Assembly (NCBI RefSeq): GCF_001194135.2
Contig: NC_068990.1
Location: 5,647,838-5,711,837, forward strand
Length of the DNA stretch: 64,000 nt
Origin: Octopus bimaculoides
Taxonomy: Eukaryota
Direction of reading: 5' to 3'
Positions 13,768-27,515 of the stretch are shown here, piece after piece. Within the stretch, counting starts at the first letter, position 1; every line of letters begins with the position of its first letter. The notes under the pieces were generated by a model, which ran no database searches, was not told the DNA's origin, and saw nothing but the letters and a program-made list of their open reading frames with translations. The position numbers were made by a program, and so were the translations under genes.

Positions 13768-14484
13768 CTGTAAACTATGCAAACACATGAGTATTGTAAA
13801 ATTAGCTGTTTTGATTCTGGTTCATTATCGATGTTCAATGAAAGCAGTAAGTTTGAAAAATTGAATTGTATTCAAACTAGTGGACTATGTGAAGCTTTAC
13901 ACACTTTCACATGGTTACATATTCTAGTATCTCCCCACGGCTTGATTCATAATACGTCTCAAAACCATTAGTATCTTATGAAAAGCTCTGTAACAGCAAT
14001 CTGGTAGTTACAGAAGACAAGTGTTACACTCTTTCTGAGAAGAAATATATTTTTTATTCTTACAGGGCATAAGTTATTCATTTTTAACTTGAGCAAAAAC
14101 AAAAAAGAATTCAAACAAAAAACCCGAACGTGTTTGGAAAAATGTATAATCGATGGAATCGATCCAGTTGCATCACTATATTCTATCAAACGAGAGAGGT
14201 GAAGGTGAGAGTAACCCACAGCGTTGGTCTGGCTCTCTATCGTTGCTACAGTTCTACTGCTGACTGGTTTTCTAGTGAGGAAATATGCAACGCTCAGTAG
14301 TGTTAACTTCTGCGAAGACTACAACACTGAATCTCATTCAGGTTTATGGGTAATGAATGTATTATAGTGCGTTTCATGAGTCAGTATATTGGATAAGAAA
14401 TTTACGGAGAAATGTCCATGGTCTACAAATCTTTCCTAAGCAGTTGTAAAACCGAATAAACTGCCGACGCGGCCCATTACTTAC

Positions 14485-14532
14485 TTCCACAGATCATTCG
14501 ACACTTCAAGTAGCCAACTTGCTTCAAGTACC
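14485..14532 (-). CDS. Candidate short exon
   Basis: Donor |gtaagt, acceptor acacaag|; 48 nt, phase 2 to 2: VLEASWLLEVSNDLW(K). Confidence 0.3.
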
Positions 14533-15582
14533 CTTGTGTTAAACGTACAAGTGGCAAACTTTCTCATGGATTGGATCCGTGATTCGTTAACGTAATTTAT
14601 TGGTCCTTACCAAAAGGAAAAATATAAATTGAATGGAAGATGCAGAATCAAACAGCACTTTAATTTAGATTACAAAACTGTTAAAGAGGACATATTTAAT
14701 TATCTTCTCTTTTTATATGTCCTGAGAACAAAACAATCAGAAGCGCATCTATCTTCGTATATATCGCCGTTGTTGCTGTTATAGTTATTGTCGTTGTTGA
14801 TATTGCTGCTTTGCCTCAGGTCAGTCCGCCGGACTGAGTCGTAGATGAGCAGACTTATAAACAAAGGGTATTCAATAACAACAGTATCTAACATGTTCAC
14901 TTTTTGTTGTTCTTTAAGACTGTAGCTCGTGAGCTGAGGGATGTGGATTCGATTTATATTTCTGGCCTTTCATGCGACCACGAATTTTTCAAGGTTCATA
15001 AAATATTTACCAGCCAACGTTATAGCTACATCGATTAAACCAACTACGTCGCATCAGTACAAATTTTTGACCTTGTACTAACATGAATAATAATTTCTTT
15101 GAAATATCGCATATTATGAAATTGGTCAAACACTCAGCAGAACCTGAATTCTTACCTCTGTTCTTTCACCTAGTAATCAATAATGTCTGCCAGTTGACGT
15201 GTTCTTTTCTCTCTGCTGTATCGTTCGTTCCTTTATATGTTGGCGTAGTCAAATTTAGCAATCGCTCTCTTTATCTCCTACCATTGAAACTATAACTTCA
15301 TCCATCATATTGTCTTCGAACAGAGACTCACATATATGTCATGACACCATCAGCCAAAATAATTTGAACAACATGAAACACATACACATTTCTCTTCTAT
15401 CTTCCTCTTTCTGTGTGTCTGTCTCTCTTTGTCTCTCTGTGTGGGTTTTTTTTCTTCCTCTCTGTATGCGAACATATATATATACGCACACGCACGTACA
15501 CACGCATATATGAATGTATACATATATAAACATATGCATATACATATGTGTGTATGTATATATATTTACGTGCGTATGCATA

Positions 15583-15614
<32 letters not shown>

Positions 15615-15821
15615 NNNNNNNNNNNNNNNNNNNNNNNNNNNNNNNNNNNNNNNNNNNNNNNNNNNNNNNNNNNNNNNNNNNNNNNNNNNNNNNNNNNNNN
15701 NNNNNNNNNNNNNNNNNNNNNNNNNNNNNNNNNNNNNNNNNNNNNNNNNNNNNNNNNNNNNNNNNNNNNNNNNNNNNNNNNNNNNNNNNNNNNNNNNNNT
15801 ATATATAATATACAAGAATAA

Positions 15822-16052
15822 GGACAGAGAATCGTCAATTAATAATTAATAATTGGGCTGAAGATTGGAATAGTGAAATTTCCATTCACTTAACCATGAA
15901 ACGATTCGTATCCAATTAACTAAAGGCTTGGTTTGTTTACGCTTTAGAGAAAAATTTAGAGAAAAATTTGTAGTTTGGAATCAGTAGTTCTTTGACTGCT
16001 ATTTCTAAATTTTCAGTATGTTGGAGAAGCAACTCAATTGCTAATCCCTGTA
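15822..16052. mobile_element. Short MITE-like element, same family as the 19.3-19.8 kb foldback
   Basis: Ends cagagaatcgtcaatt and aattgctaatccctg|ta; internal segments align to 19290-19520 (reverse) and 19570-19660. Confidence 0.7.
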
Positions 16053-16090
<38 letters not shown>

Positions 16091-16128
16091 TATATACATA
16101 CATACATACACACACACANNNNNNNNNN

Positions 16129-16186
<58 letters not shown>

Positions 16187-16936
16187 CTATTTATAAACAA
16201 GTGTTCATTTAGCTACTCATACTAGCACCCTACACATACACACTGATATTGATGATCAGACAAAAATACCTATGCACATATTTATCCAACGCAATATGTA
16301 TATTTAAACAGTCAATGTATCTCTCGTCCAAGGAAACTTATACGTTTATATACAAACCGATATATACTTATATGTACGCATACACATCCTTAGAAAAACT
16401 AATAGAAACAAACAGGAAATTGATATCATAAGTGCTCACATATGCATACATACACTCGAAACAAACACATATATACAAACAGAAATATATACACATGACC
16501 ATTATTAAATGAAATACTTACATTTATTTACGTAAACTGTTTAGTTAGAAGATCATAAGACATTTTCGCTGCAAGCAAAACTATTACACATATACACACG
16601 AATGGACACATATGTGTACGCGCGGAGGGGGATGTTGATGTGCAAGTATTTATATGTATGTACACATTTAGCTACAGTAATAAAACCAAACTGTAAAAAG
16701 AAAATTTCCCCCTAAAAGAACACCATTCATGCCCTCGTGATATGAATTTCAATGTGAAGATATTAAAAACAAATTGTGTCTGGGAATCTAATATCCTCTC
16801 AAGATCTACTACCTAGAAACAATTTGAATTTCATCGATCTCCAAGGCATTTGAAATAACACACAGATGATTTCGTGCGCTTGACGCACTTAGCTTTGAGC
16901 CGGGCACGCTGAGCGACCATATTGCCCAACCATATT

Positions 16937-16963
16937 GTGTGTATATATATATATATATGTGTG

Positions 16964-17011
<48 letters not shown>

Positions 17012-17206
17012 TATGCATACATATATATGTATATATATATATGTATGTATATATAAATATATATATATATATATAAGTATATATATACATATATATTTGT
17101 ATATATATATGCATACATATATATGCATACATATATATGCATATATATATGTATATATATGTATATATGTATATATACATATATATGTGTGTGTGTGTGT
17201 GTGTGT
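16937..17206. repeat. Compound AT/GT microsatellite block
   Basis: Direct reading of the sequence. Confidence 0.95.
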
Positions 17207-17242
17207 ATAACAAAGTTATTTTATTCCACCCGAGTAGAAATA

Positions 17243-17830
17243 TAGGAAATATTGAATTTGAAAATGCACTGAGAATAGTTAAAATATTTTTTATTGATAT
17301 AGTTAAAGCTTTAAGGCGGCGAATTGGCAGAAGCGTTAGCACGCCGGGCGAAATGCTTTGGGGTATTCAGTCTATATTTACGTTCTGAGTTCAAATTCCG
17401 CCGGGTCAACTTTGCCTTTCATCCTTTCGGGGTCGATAAATTAAGTTACAGTCGCGTATTGGGGTCGATCTAATCGACTGGGGATCTTCCCCAAAAATCA
17501 CGTGTTCATTCCTTACAAAGACTTGATAGAAAACATTCAGAGAATTGTTTGGACATGTTCAGTCAACCGTGTGAGCCTTAACTACGACGCCAAACATTGT
17601 CACTTGATACTAACACACGGACGTAGCGGGGAACCGACAAAAAATTCCCAAGACCAGTCATGTGACTATCCTCTACCAATCAAATCCTATTCAAGACATA
17701 CTAATCTGAGCCATTGACTCCCTATAAAGATATGGTAAGCTTTAAACTACGAAACCGGTTAAAGCTTTGAATATATTATTAAAAAATATTTTAACTATTC
17801 CCAGTGCATTTTCAACTTCTATTTTCCCTA
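17243..17830. mobile_element. MITE with TIRs of about 72 bp
   Basis: 17243-17314 is an imperfect reverse complement of 17759-17830 (ttgaaaatgcactg(a/g)gaatagttaaaatatttttta..aaagctttaa); the ends read TAGG(G)AAA. Confidence 0.8.
17315..17500 (+). mobile_element. SINE family A inserted in a MITE
   Basis: ggcgaattggcagaagcgttagcacgccgggcgaaatgctt..gagttcaaattccgcc..ggggtcgataaa. Confidence 0.9.
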
Positions 17831-18175
17831 CATATATATATATATATATACCGTTATGTTTCGGAATGATCATTTTGATTCCTCGTTCGTTTTGTTTTCT
17901 CGCCAAATAAACACACGCACTATATATTCATTCTTCACTCGTTTATAATAGTTCATATTTTATCCTATGTCCATTCTCTGGGAGTCCTTTGTAACACATC
18001 TGTGACCTCTTCAGCCACTCTTTCCGTGTGTATCCTCCTGCTCCCCTTAGTCTATTCTGTCCTTCTATGATGTGTATCCTTATCTGGCCACGCTTTTGCG
18101 TCTGTATCTCTGTGTGTGCGCGTTTGTGTGCACGTGTGCGGACGCGTGTCTATGTGTTTTACAAATTGATAAACG

Positions 18176-18278
<103 letters not shown>

Positions 18279-18847
18279 ATATGTGTGTGTGTGTGTGTAT
18301 GTATGTATCTTTGCATATATGTGTGCATGTATGTACGAGTATATCATAACCACATTGCTTTGCGTTACTTGAGAGACTCTTATCCTGTTACGACGATCTT
18401 GAAGCAGCCCAATCAGGTTTAAAATATATAAATAAATGCTGCAAAGCAAATTCTGTACACTTAAAATGTTTATGGTGTATAACATGGTCGATATGTCAAC
18501 AAGAAGCCACTTCAAAATCTATGTGACTCAGTGACCAGGGAAAACAATCTATTTTCGTACACTTTTACTGGTTCCAGACAGTAGGATATGGAGAAACTCA
18601 TTCAACAACAGAAATTATAAGTATTTCCTTTCACTGATGTCAACTGAGAGATCATATCTCTGGCCTCTACAATAGTAATACGCTCACACGCATTTCTCCG
18701 GACATATATAAACAAAAACACAAACTGACGTACTACTAGCCTCAATGATGAATTTCTTATATTCAGTCATCGAATGCATATTACATTCACACGTACATAC
18801 ACACTTATAAACCTCACTCTTTCCCTCTTTCTCTTCCTATCTATCTT

Positions 18848-18930
<83 letters not shown>

Positions 18931-19272
18931 TTCTCTCATACTATATATACACACACATACACACGAACAAATTTGAAAAGTCAATAACCTGGATAGAGAA
19001 CACTTACAAACGTGTCGAAAGACAATATCCGCCAAACTTATTTGCATACAAAAATACATTCACCCGAATGCACATAAATGCATTCTTACATAGGTATATA
19101 TAATATACATTTTTACATACGTGCATGTATGTATATATTTATGCATGTATGTATATACGTACGTACATAGACATATATATATACATACATACGTACGTAC
19201 ACACATATGTACATATACATATATACCTAAGTGCATATGTATATATGTAATTATATATGTATGTATGTATAT

Positions 19273-19674
19273 TTGTAATCATAAATATATAGGGATTGAC
19301 AGTAACCTGCTTCTCCAACATACTGAGAATTCAGAAATAGCAGCCAAAGAACTACTGATTCCAAAACTACAAATTTTACTCTAACTTGATAGCGATATTT
19401 TTGATACACACAGAACAAAAAAACAGTAGAGAAGAGTAAAAAGACCACTTGCCTTTAGTTAATTTAGTACGACGTTTCACAGTTAAGAGCATGGAATACT
19501 CCATTCTGATCTTCAGCTAAACTGTTTTTTGTTCTGTGTGTATCATAAATATCGCTATCAATTTAGAGTAAAATTTGTAGTTTTGGAATCAGTAGTTCTT
19601 TGGCTGCTATTTCTGAATTCTCAGTATGTTGGAGAAGCAGGTTACTGTCAATCCCTATATATTTATGATTATAA
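19273..19674. repeat. Long inverted repeat: 154-bp arms (19273-19426 and 19521-19674), 94-bp spacer
   Basis: Base-by-base comparison shows 3 mismatches between the arms. Confidence 0.95.
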
Positions 19675-20312
19675 ATGATTTTACCGATAAGGTTTTTTCA
19701 TACTGGGCTACCCGGCAAAATTGTTAATTATTAATTTTATTACTAATTGACGATTCCCTGCCCTGTATATCTATATGTATATTTGTATGTATGAATTCAG
19801 TGTTATTCTTATCTCCTGTAGCCGTTACTAAGTACACCATTCTAGACGCTAAAACCGCGAGGATTAAGAGTTCTTTATCAATATGTTTAGTTACAAGACG
19901 TGAATATGTATCTTTGCGTATTTATATATGTATTAGTGCGTTTCTGTCGATGGTGAGAGGCTGGATTGATAGATTAGTGGTTGGTTGCTTAGATGTGCAG
20001 ATTACAATATTTATGTAAATATATATGCGTTTATTTATGCATACTTTCATGTAGATATATGTGAATGGAATTATGCGTATGTGAGTATACGAATACGCAC
20101 ACGTTTATGTATATGTATATAATATGTGTGTACGCATACGCACGTATACATGTATATAATGTATGTGTGTGAAATTATGGCTATATATTTATACGTCTTT
20201 GTGTTCAGAGATGTGTTTGTGTAAATATCAATACGTAAGTGTTTGGGCGTGTATGTATGTTAACATGCACGTTTAGCATAATTCTCAGGCAGATAACATG
20301 AAAACTTGAAGC

Positions 20313-21139
20313 TATGAGGTGCAGTCAAGGATTTTTCTAATTTTTTAGGAGAGGCTTTTATAAATGGATCAGATTAGTGTAATTTTAGTATATCATTGCA
20401 TTACATCAAATAAACTACCCTACCAATACTTATGATTCCAAATTGAAGAAGTCGGCTGAAACAGCACTTTGTACACACCCTACTCAGTACTGCTTGTTAC
20501 AGTTGGCTAGAATTGAAGACAATTTGGAAGCTCACTGTGGAATAAATATTTGTGTTAAACTAGTCAAAAACGCTGCAGAAACTTATGAAATGCTGCACAC
20601 TGCTTATGGATTAACTTGTATAAAATAAACATGTGTTTCGTGCAGGCACGAAAAGCCAGGCAAAGCATGTCCACAGGAAAGTCCACTTTTCGGCAGCAAA
20701 GGCATCATCTATATCCACTGGATTCTTTTCGGCCCGTCGATCAACAATGTGAGCTTTGTTGGGATTTTGAAGCAGTTCAGGAAGAGAATCGTCGCAAAAG
20801 GTCAGGACACATGCACCAGACCAACTATTCCATCCTAGTAACCAAGCTACTTGAGAGAGATGGCCATCAAAACTACCCCTCACGTTCCCGATAGTCCAGA
20901 CTTTGCTCCCTGTGATTTTTGGTTCGTCCCCAAGCCGAAAGATAAGATGAGAGATGCTGTGAGAAGGGTCCTGGATACCTTAACATTGGAGGACTTCTAT
21001 GAGGCCTTCACGAAGTAGCTAGAGCGCTCCAAGTGCATTAGAATCAGAGGATTCTATTTTGAGGTGTTTTGTACTTCTTTGAAATTAATAAATATCTTCC
21101 CTGCAAAACTCTCAAAATTTCTGAAATTCACCCTGAATA
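20313..21139 (+). mobile_element. Internally deleted mariner (DD34D) fossil
   Basis: N-terminal INICVKLVKNAAETYEMLHTAYG; C-terminal PHVPDSPDFAPCDFWFVPKPK (YSPDLAP motif) and LERSKCIRIRGFYFE; TA at both ends, TIRs decayed. Confidence 0.85.
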
Positions 21140-23900
21140 TATGTATGTATGTATGTATGTATGTGTGTGTGTATGTGTGTGTGTGTGCGAAGGTAGCGTT
21201 ATTGTTATCTCTCGTAGCCACTAGTAAATACAATATTCCAGATGTTGAGATACCGAGGATTAAGATTCCCTAATTCAAAGTTTAGTTACAAGATGTCAAT
21301 ATATGCTTTGTGTACGTATCTATATATGTTCACGCTTTTGAGTGGTCGGATTAATAAAAAAAGTGAATGGTTAGTTTTGGGATGTGTGGATTAAAATAAT
21401 TAGGTAATTGTATATGCGTCTATTTATGCATTTATTTGTGTGCTTGCGTAGGTATTTATGAATGGATTTTAGTATATATGTGTATACGTATAAATGCATG
21501 GATTTAAGTGTATACGTGTACATACATGTATATAATAATGATGAAGACTGGAGAGTTATGCATTTTCAAAATATATTTATCAAAAAGCATTTTCTTCATA
21601 TTACATTCCGACACGTGCTTCTACGGAATAAACGTCTTAGGGCTCTTTGATATAATAGACTCGACAATCCTATGCAATCATTTACAAGGCTGAGAATCCT
21701 ATAGAGTTTTATTTAAGGTGTTTCTCACACGGATGGATGAAACGTAGCCAAGTCTGTATTTTATCAGAGTGCTCGAAAGGTACCTACCAGGATTTAAAAC
21801 CCCTATATATATGCGTATGTTTGAAAGCGTATATAAGTCTATGCATCTATATATCTGCAGATGTGTGTGTATATGTGTATATANNNNNNNNNNNNNNNNN
21901 NNNNNNNNNNNNNNNNNNNNNNNNNNNNNNNNNNNNNNNNNNNNNNNNNNNNNNNNNNNNNNNNNNNNNNNNNNNNNNNNNNNNNNNNNNTGTATATATA
22001 TATGTATACGTATGTATGTATATATGTATATGTATATATATATTTATGTATTTCAATATACATGTGTGTGTATGTGTGCGTCTGTGTGCTCGAAACCATG
22101 CTCTTAAGAAGCAAACTTCTTAACACTCAGCCAAGTCCGCATGCATTCATACACGTGCGTATTCACACGAAAGAGCAGAGCACTTAATATATTACGTAAA
22201 ATTTTGAGTAGTAAGTGAACAGTTGGTAACCCGAATGGCCTTTACTTAAAGTTTCATAAGCAATAAAATAAGCGTCTAATGAATCAATAACTACTAGGAA
22301 CAGATACTTGACGAATAAATACTCGTATTCGAAGGTGATAACTAATTGATTAGATGCGTGCTTTTGTACCATTCAAATTGCTAGTAATAGACGATTGAGT
22401 CATTTCACAATTCAAAACACGCACACACGCACACACACAAACACACATATACACACACCCATACATGTGCATGGAACGCTCAATTCAAATTTTTAAGGAT
22501 TTCTGTGGTCTCTACACGTCTGTTCTAGTATGTTCTTCTTCTGTCAACTTGCGGCGGACTTATCTTTATGAATTTTCAAATCATAATCAAACGAAATAAT
22601 CTTTAGGTGGTGGCGGATGCTTCACAAGGTGACATCATTCCACATTTATGTCTTTCAACACCAATTGAACCTGATGCAACTGTACACTACATGAGTACTC
22701 TGTTGATTGTGTTATTTCCTTTGCCTTTAAACTCAGCTATATCTTGGCTGCTTGTTGATGTGTCGGATACTCCTGTACCTATTGATTACATTGACTCAAT
22801 TACTTCACTGGTAATTTATTTTATCAACCACGGAATAATGGAAAGCAAAATTAATCCTCATTACATGGGTAGTATGTGATTGTCTCCCTTTGGAATTCCC
22901 TCTTTCCTAGATAAGTAATTGAATCCGGTATATATCTGCAGCTAAGTGGGCTTAATGAATTTGACCTACCGATTTTCATACCGCAGTTGTGGTTTTTGCC
23001 TCGATGGATAACTAGAAAGTACTTGAAGATTATATCCGGATAATAACCAGGTGAAACGCAGAAGCTACTTCAAAATATATTTGACTTTACGACCGAACAT
23101 AACAAACTGTTTTCTTATTCTTTTATTAATTTTATCTAATGGGGTGTGCGTAATCACGCTGCACACATCCTCAAGCAATTCTGGCTCGGTTTTTTACATC
23201 TGGAATAGGCAGTAATAAGTAAACGTTCTATCCGTAAAGATGCTAGTTTATTACGGTTTTTATTGCTGTAGGAAGAATTGAATGCAATGCTTTCAGCCAA
23301 AGTATCACACATCGACTTTACAGTGTCCATTCAGTATATAACTGTGACAACTAAACACATTGGCCATAGATAAATTGCTGACTCAGTGATAGGATATGAC
23401 TTTGTCGATTGGCTGACCAATACATTACTGATTCAAAATGATTTGATTTGATAATGAACGTGTTACCCACCTACTTTTTAAATGTCAGAAATTCTCTTTC
23501 AAAATCCTTAATTTTATCAAGGTATATATCACATTAATATGGTGGTGTTCGTATTCAGTATCGAATAATCGCTACTTGAATATGATATGTGTGTGTGGGA
23601 AGAGCTGGATAGTTCTCTGTGTGTATGAATATGAGTGTATGTGTGTGTGGATGGATGGTTCTGTGTGTGTAGAATTTCCAATAAAATCAATATTTTTTAT
23701 CATCTAATTATTTTGATAGTATTTTAAAAGTTGATTTAATTGAAATAAACAGAACATTTTATACTTCTGTTTTATATTTCTATTTGGAGAGAAAAGCCTG
23801 AATCTAAATAATTGAAAAACAAATTCTAAATTAAACAATAAGGAATCATTGTAATGAAACAAATTGGATAAGCATAAAACATTTAACAACATATATAATA

Positions 23901-23933
<33 letters not shown>

Positions 23934-24364
23934 NNNNNNNNNNNNNNNNNNNNNNNNNNNNNNNNNNNNNNNNNNNNNNNNNNNNNNNNNNNNNNNNNNN
24001 NNNNNNNNNNNNNNNNNNNNNNNNNNNNNNNNNNNNNNNNNNNNNNNNNNNNNNNNNNNNNNNNNNNNNNNNNNNNNNNNNNNNNNNNNNNNNNNNNNNN
24101 NNNNNNNNNNNNNNNNNNNNNNNNNNNNNNNNNNNNNNNNNNNNNNNNNNNNNNNNNNNNNNNNNNNNNNNNNNNNNNNNNNNNNNNNNNNNNNNNNNNN
24201 NNNNNNNNNNNNNNNNNNNNNNNNNNNNNNNNNNNNNNNNNNNNNNNNNNNNNNNNNNNNNNNNNNNNNNNNNNNNNNNNNNNNNNNNNNNNNNNNNNNN
24301 NNNNNNNNNNNNNNNNNNNNNNNNNNNNNNNNNNNNNNNNNNNNNNNNNNNNNNNNNNNNNNNN

Positions 24365-24403
<39 letters not shown>

Positions 24404-25727
24404 TTATTTATCAAAACAATTATTATATTTAAATAAATCTTTCGTGAAAAGAGGGTATCAATTGAAGCAGTCATAAAATAGCTTATTAACAGTTAATTGG
24501 GGGCGCGTCATAATAACAGAAAAAAATGCGATAAAGTAAAAAAAAAAAAATAGCATAAACCAAAATGAATATTTCTAAATGAAAATGGATTGTCTCATAC
24601 TTAAGTGAGAAATCTATTATAGATATACAGAGTACTGTGCTAGCATTTAATAGCGATAAAAGACAACATCAATCACAACAAATTAATAATGTATGAAATA
24701 TTCTCATTGTTCTCTATAATATTCAGGTAGTTTTCTAATTATTTCTGCATCAATATTTCTGGCGCCACATAAACTAACCTCTTTCTTTTTCTGTTTCATT
24801 ATATATATAATTATTATTTTCCTGCTTACATATAGTGGCTGTGATAATTTATATCTGCTGCTAACGTAGTTTATGATTTCTGGACTATTAATTTCATCTC
24901 TTGGTTTTCCGGTTCTCTCTCATTGAGCTTAGCTTCGATCAGTTAAGGTTCTATAAGTGGTTATATTGCAACTCCTATGCATATATATTTGGTTGAATTT
25001 GACCTCAGAAATATTACTTTTTGTAGTCAATTAGGTGGAGGTATAGTTATGCAGTTAAAAATTTTTTTGTTTTGCATTCACGCAAGTTTTGGTTTCTGTT
25101 CCAATGAGCACCATCTTGAGTCTTCCAATATAGCTTCGAGTCGACTAATGATTGTAAGTGAATTTGGTAACGGAATCTGTGTAGAATTCCGTCGAATATG
25201 TATGTCTGTGTGGAAATGTGTGTGCGTGCGTGTGTATTTATGCATATCTGTCTGCCATTCTATTTGTCCCCACACAACTTGACAACCACTGTTCATTTTT
25301 AATGTCCTCGTATTAAAGCAAAATAACTTGACAAAATAAGTAACGTATTTAAAAGAAAAAAAAGCAGTTAGTCGGGGCCGAGTTGTTTGACTATTCCTAT
25401 AAGGAGTTGCTCCAACATAGCTGCAGTCTAAAAGTTGAAACAAGTAAAAGATTATTTGTATAAATGAAGAAATAAATACGATGGGTCGTTCCTTATCTAA
25501 GTAAGGGGTTGTTTAGAGAAGTAGTTGACAGCTGCTTTTAGTTTGTCAAGTGACTGCAGTTTTTCAATGATAAAGAGACGCAAATGCACTTTTCTACAAG
25601 AACTTCCGACTCTAATTCCGAATCTGGATTTACCACTTTCAGTTCACATTCCATTTTTTAAATTTAGACACCTTTGTTTTATTTCTAGGTGGCAGTCTAA
25701 GGAACTTTGAAGAGGATACATATATAT

Positions 25728-25980
25728 TCCTTTTAGCTTTCACTTGTTTCAGCCAGTGGATTGCGACCATGCTGGGGTACCGTGTTGAAGGTTTTAGTCG
25801 AACAAATCAACCACAAACCGTTTTTTCTTTTTTTTCAGTCTAGTACTTATTCTATCGGTCTCCTTTTGCCGAGCCCTTAGATTGCCGTGCCTCTAGATTA
25901 CGGGAACGTAAACAAAACAAAAATGGTTGTCAAGCAGTGGTGAAGTGGAGTACAAACACACAAAGATACATACACATGAA
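25728..25980 (-). mobile_element. SINE family B, 3' half
   Basis: cacttgtttcag..gaccatgctgg..tagtacttattctatcggtctc..ttgccga. Confidence 0.8.
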
Positions 25981-26018
25981 TATATGTGTGTATGTGTGTG
26001 AGTGTCTACAATACATGC

Positions 26019-26106
<88 letters not shown>

Positions 26107-26629
26107 ATGTATGTATGTATGTACGTATGTATGTATGTATGTAAATGTAAGAAATCAGCGTATGATTTCTACGGTGATCTTATAAGCTGGCAAGGCGAGT
26201 TGAGTTTAATCCTAGGCGCCGGTGTGTGCCACTGACGATCATTAATGTAAATGCAAAATCACTGGTCATCTGGCTATGACCGGTGCTTAGGGAGCTTGCC
26301 TCCCTTGTCAGTAAATGAGATGGTGCGTTATTGTGGATATAAGTTGTTTTTGACTCTTATTTCTAGTAATACTGGTGCTGAATAGCGCCCTCAGTCGCTT
26401 TAGTGACGTATATATTTTTGCCTCTCGGTTTAAAAATTGCCAACAAGCCACCCTTATTATTTATATGTATCAATACACTACCCAGTGTACAGACAAGCTA
26501 GCCTATCATTTGGGATATCCCAGCAAAAAGCTGTAAGACTTCTAATTAACCTTACCCTAACTAAATAATTCTAAATGACTTGCAATACTCGTCTTGCCTT
26601 AGTTTTCGTTGTCCTTTTCCTCTAAAATA

Positions 26630-26630
<1 letters not shown>

Positions 26631-26701
<71 letters not shown>

Positions 26702-26747
26702 GCAGGCAGGCAGGCAGGCGGGAAAACAGACAGACAGACAGACAGAC

Positions 26748-26801
<54 letters not shown>
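26631..26801. repeat. Symmetric compound tetranucleotide repeat GATA-GACA-GGCA-GACA-GATA
   Basis: Direct reading of the sequence. Confidence 0.95.
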
Positions 26802-26802
<1 letters not shown>

Positions 26803-27310
26803 GTCTATGTTTTGATTCCAGAATACCTGATATTGAACTTGAATAGGATAGGTTAAATATCGCAAATATCCCAGTGAAATCTCCATTTTTATCAGTAAAC
26901 AGCACTAAAATTTTCAGAAAGAATAAATTCCGTCTGACCAATGCAAAAATGCAAAAAAATGGTCTTGAAAATGATAATAATGAAATCAAATGCAATATGG
27001 GTGTTATGCAACAGCCTATATCTTTGGAAGCCAAACTCTGCTTTTCGATTCCATTTCAAAGGGACGTAAAATTCCTAAGAAGTTAACATTTGAATCTATT
27101 TGAAATCATGTCAAACGTTTAACTCAGGGCTGTATTTTATCAAAAAAAATTTTGGGGGATACCACCGAGATTTAGTTTCCTGCTAAAACTCCTTTAATTT
27201 TTGCGATGTAATTATATTTGATATTAGTAATGATTATATTCGATGATATTTTCACAATATACGTTTGGAAAGAAAGTAACTGAATTTTATTTCTTCCATA
27301 AATATATTCT

Positions 27311-27515
27311 TTTCTACTCTAGGTACAAGGCCCGAAATTTTGGGGGAGGGGCCAATCGATTGGATCGACCCCAGTACGCAACTGGTACTTAGTTTATCGA
27401 TCCCGAAAGGATGAAAGACAAAGTCGACCTCGGTGGAATTTGGACTCAAAACGTAAAGACAGATGAAATACCGCTAAGCATTTCGCCCGGCGTGCTAACG
27501 TTTCGGCCAGCTCGA
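27311..27515 (-). mobile_element. SINE family A, full length
   Basis: Clear reverse-complement copy ending ..cgtgctaacgtttcggccagctcg. Confidence 0.9.

Noticed and set aside
22607-22879. Plus-strand ORF with ttag|..|gtaatt sites (VVADASQGDIIPH..)
   Set aside because: The strand and frame cannot be resolved: the minus-strand frames also look protein-like but contain stops, and no homology was recognised.
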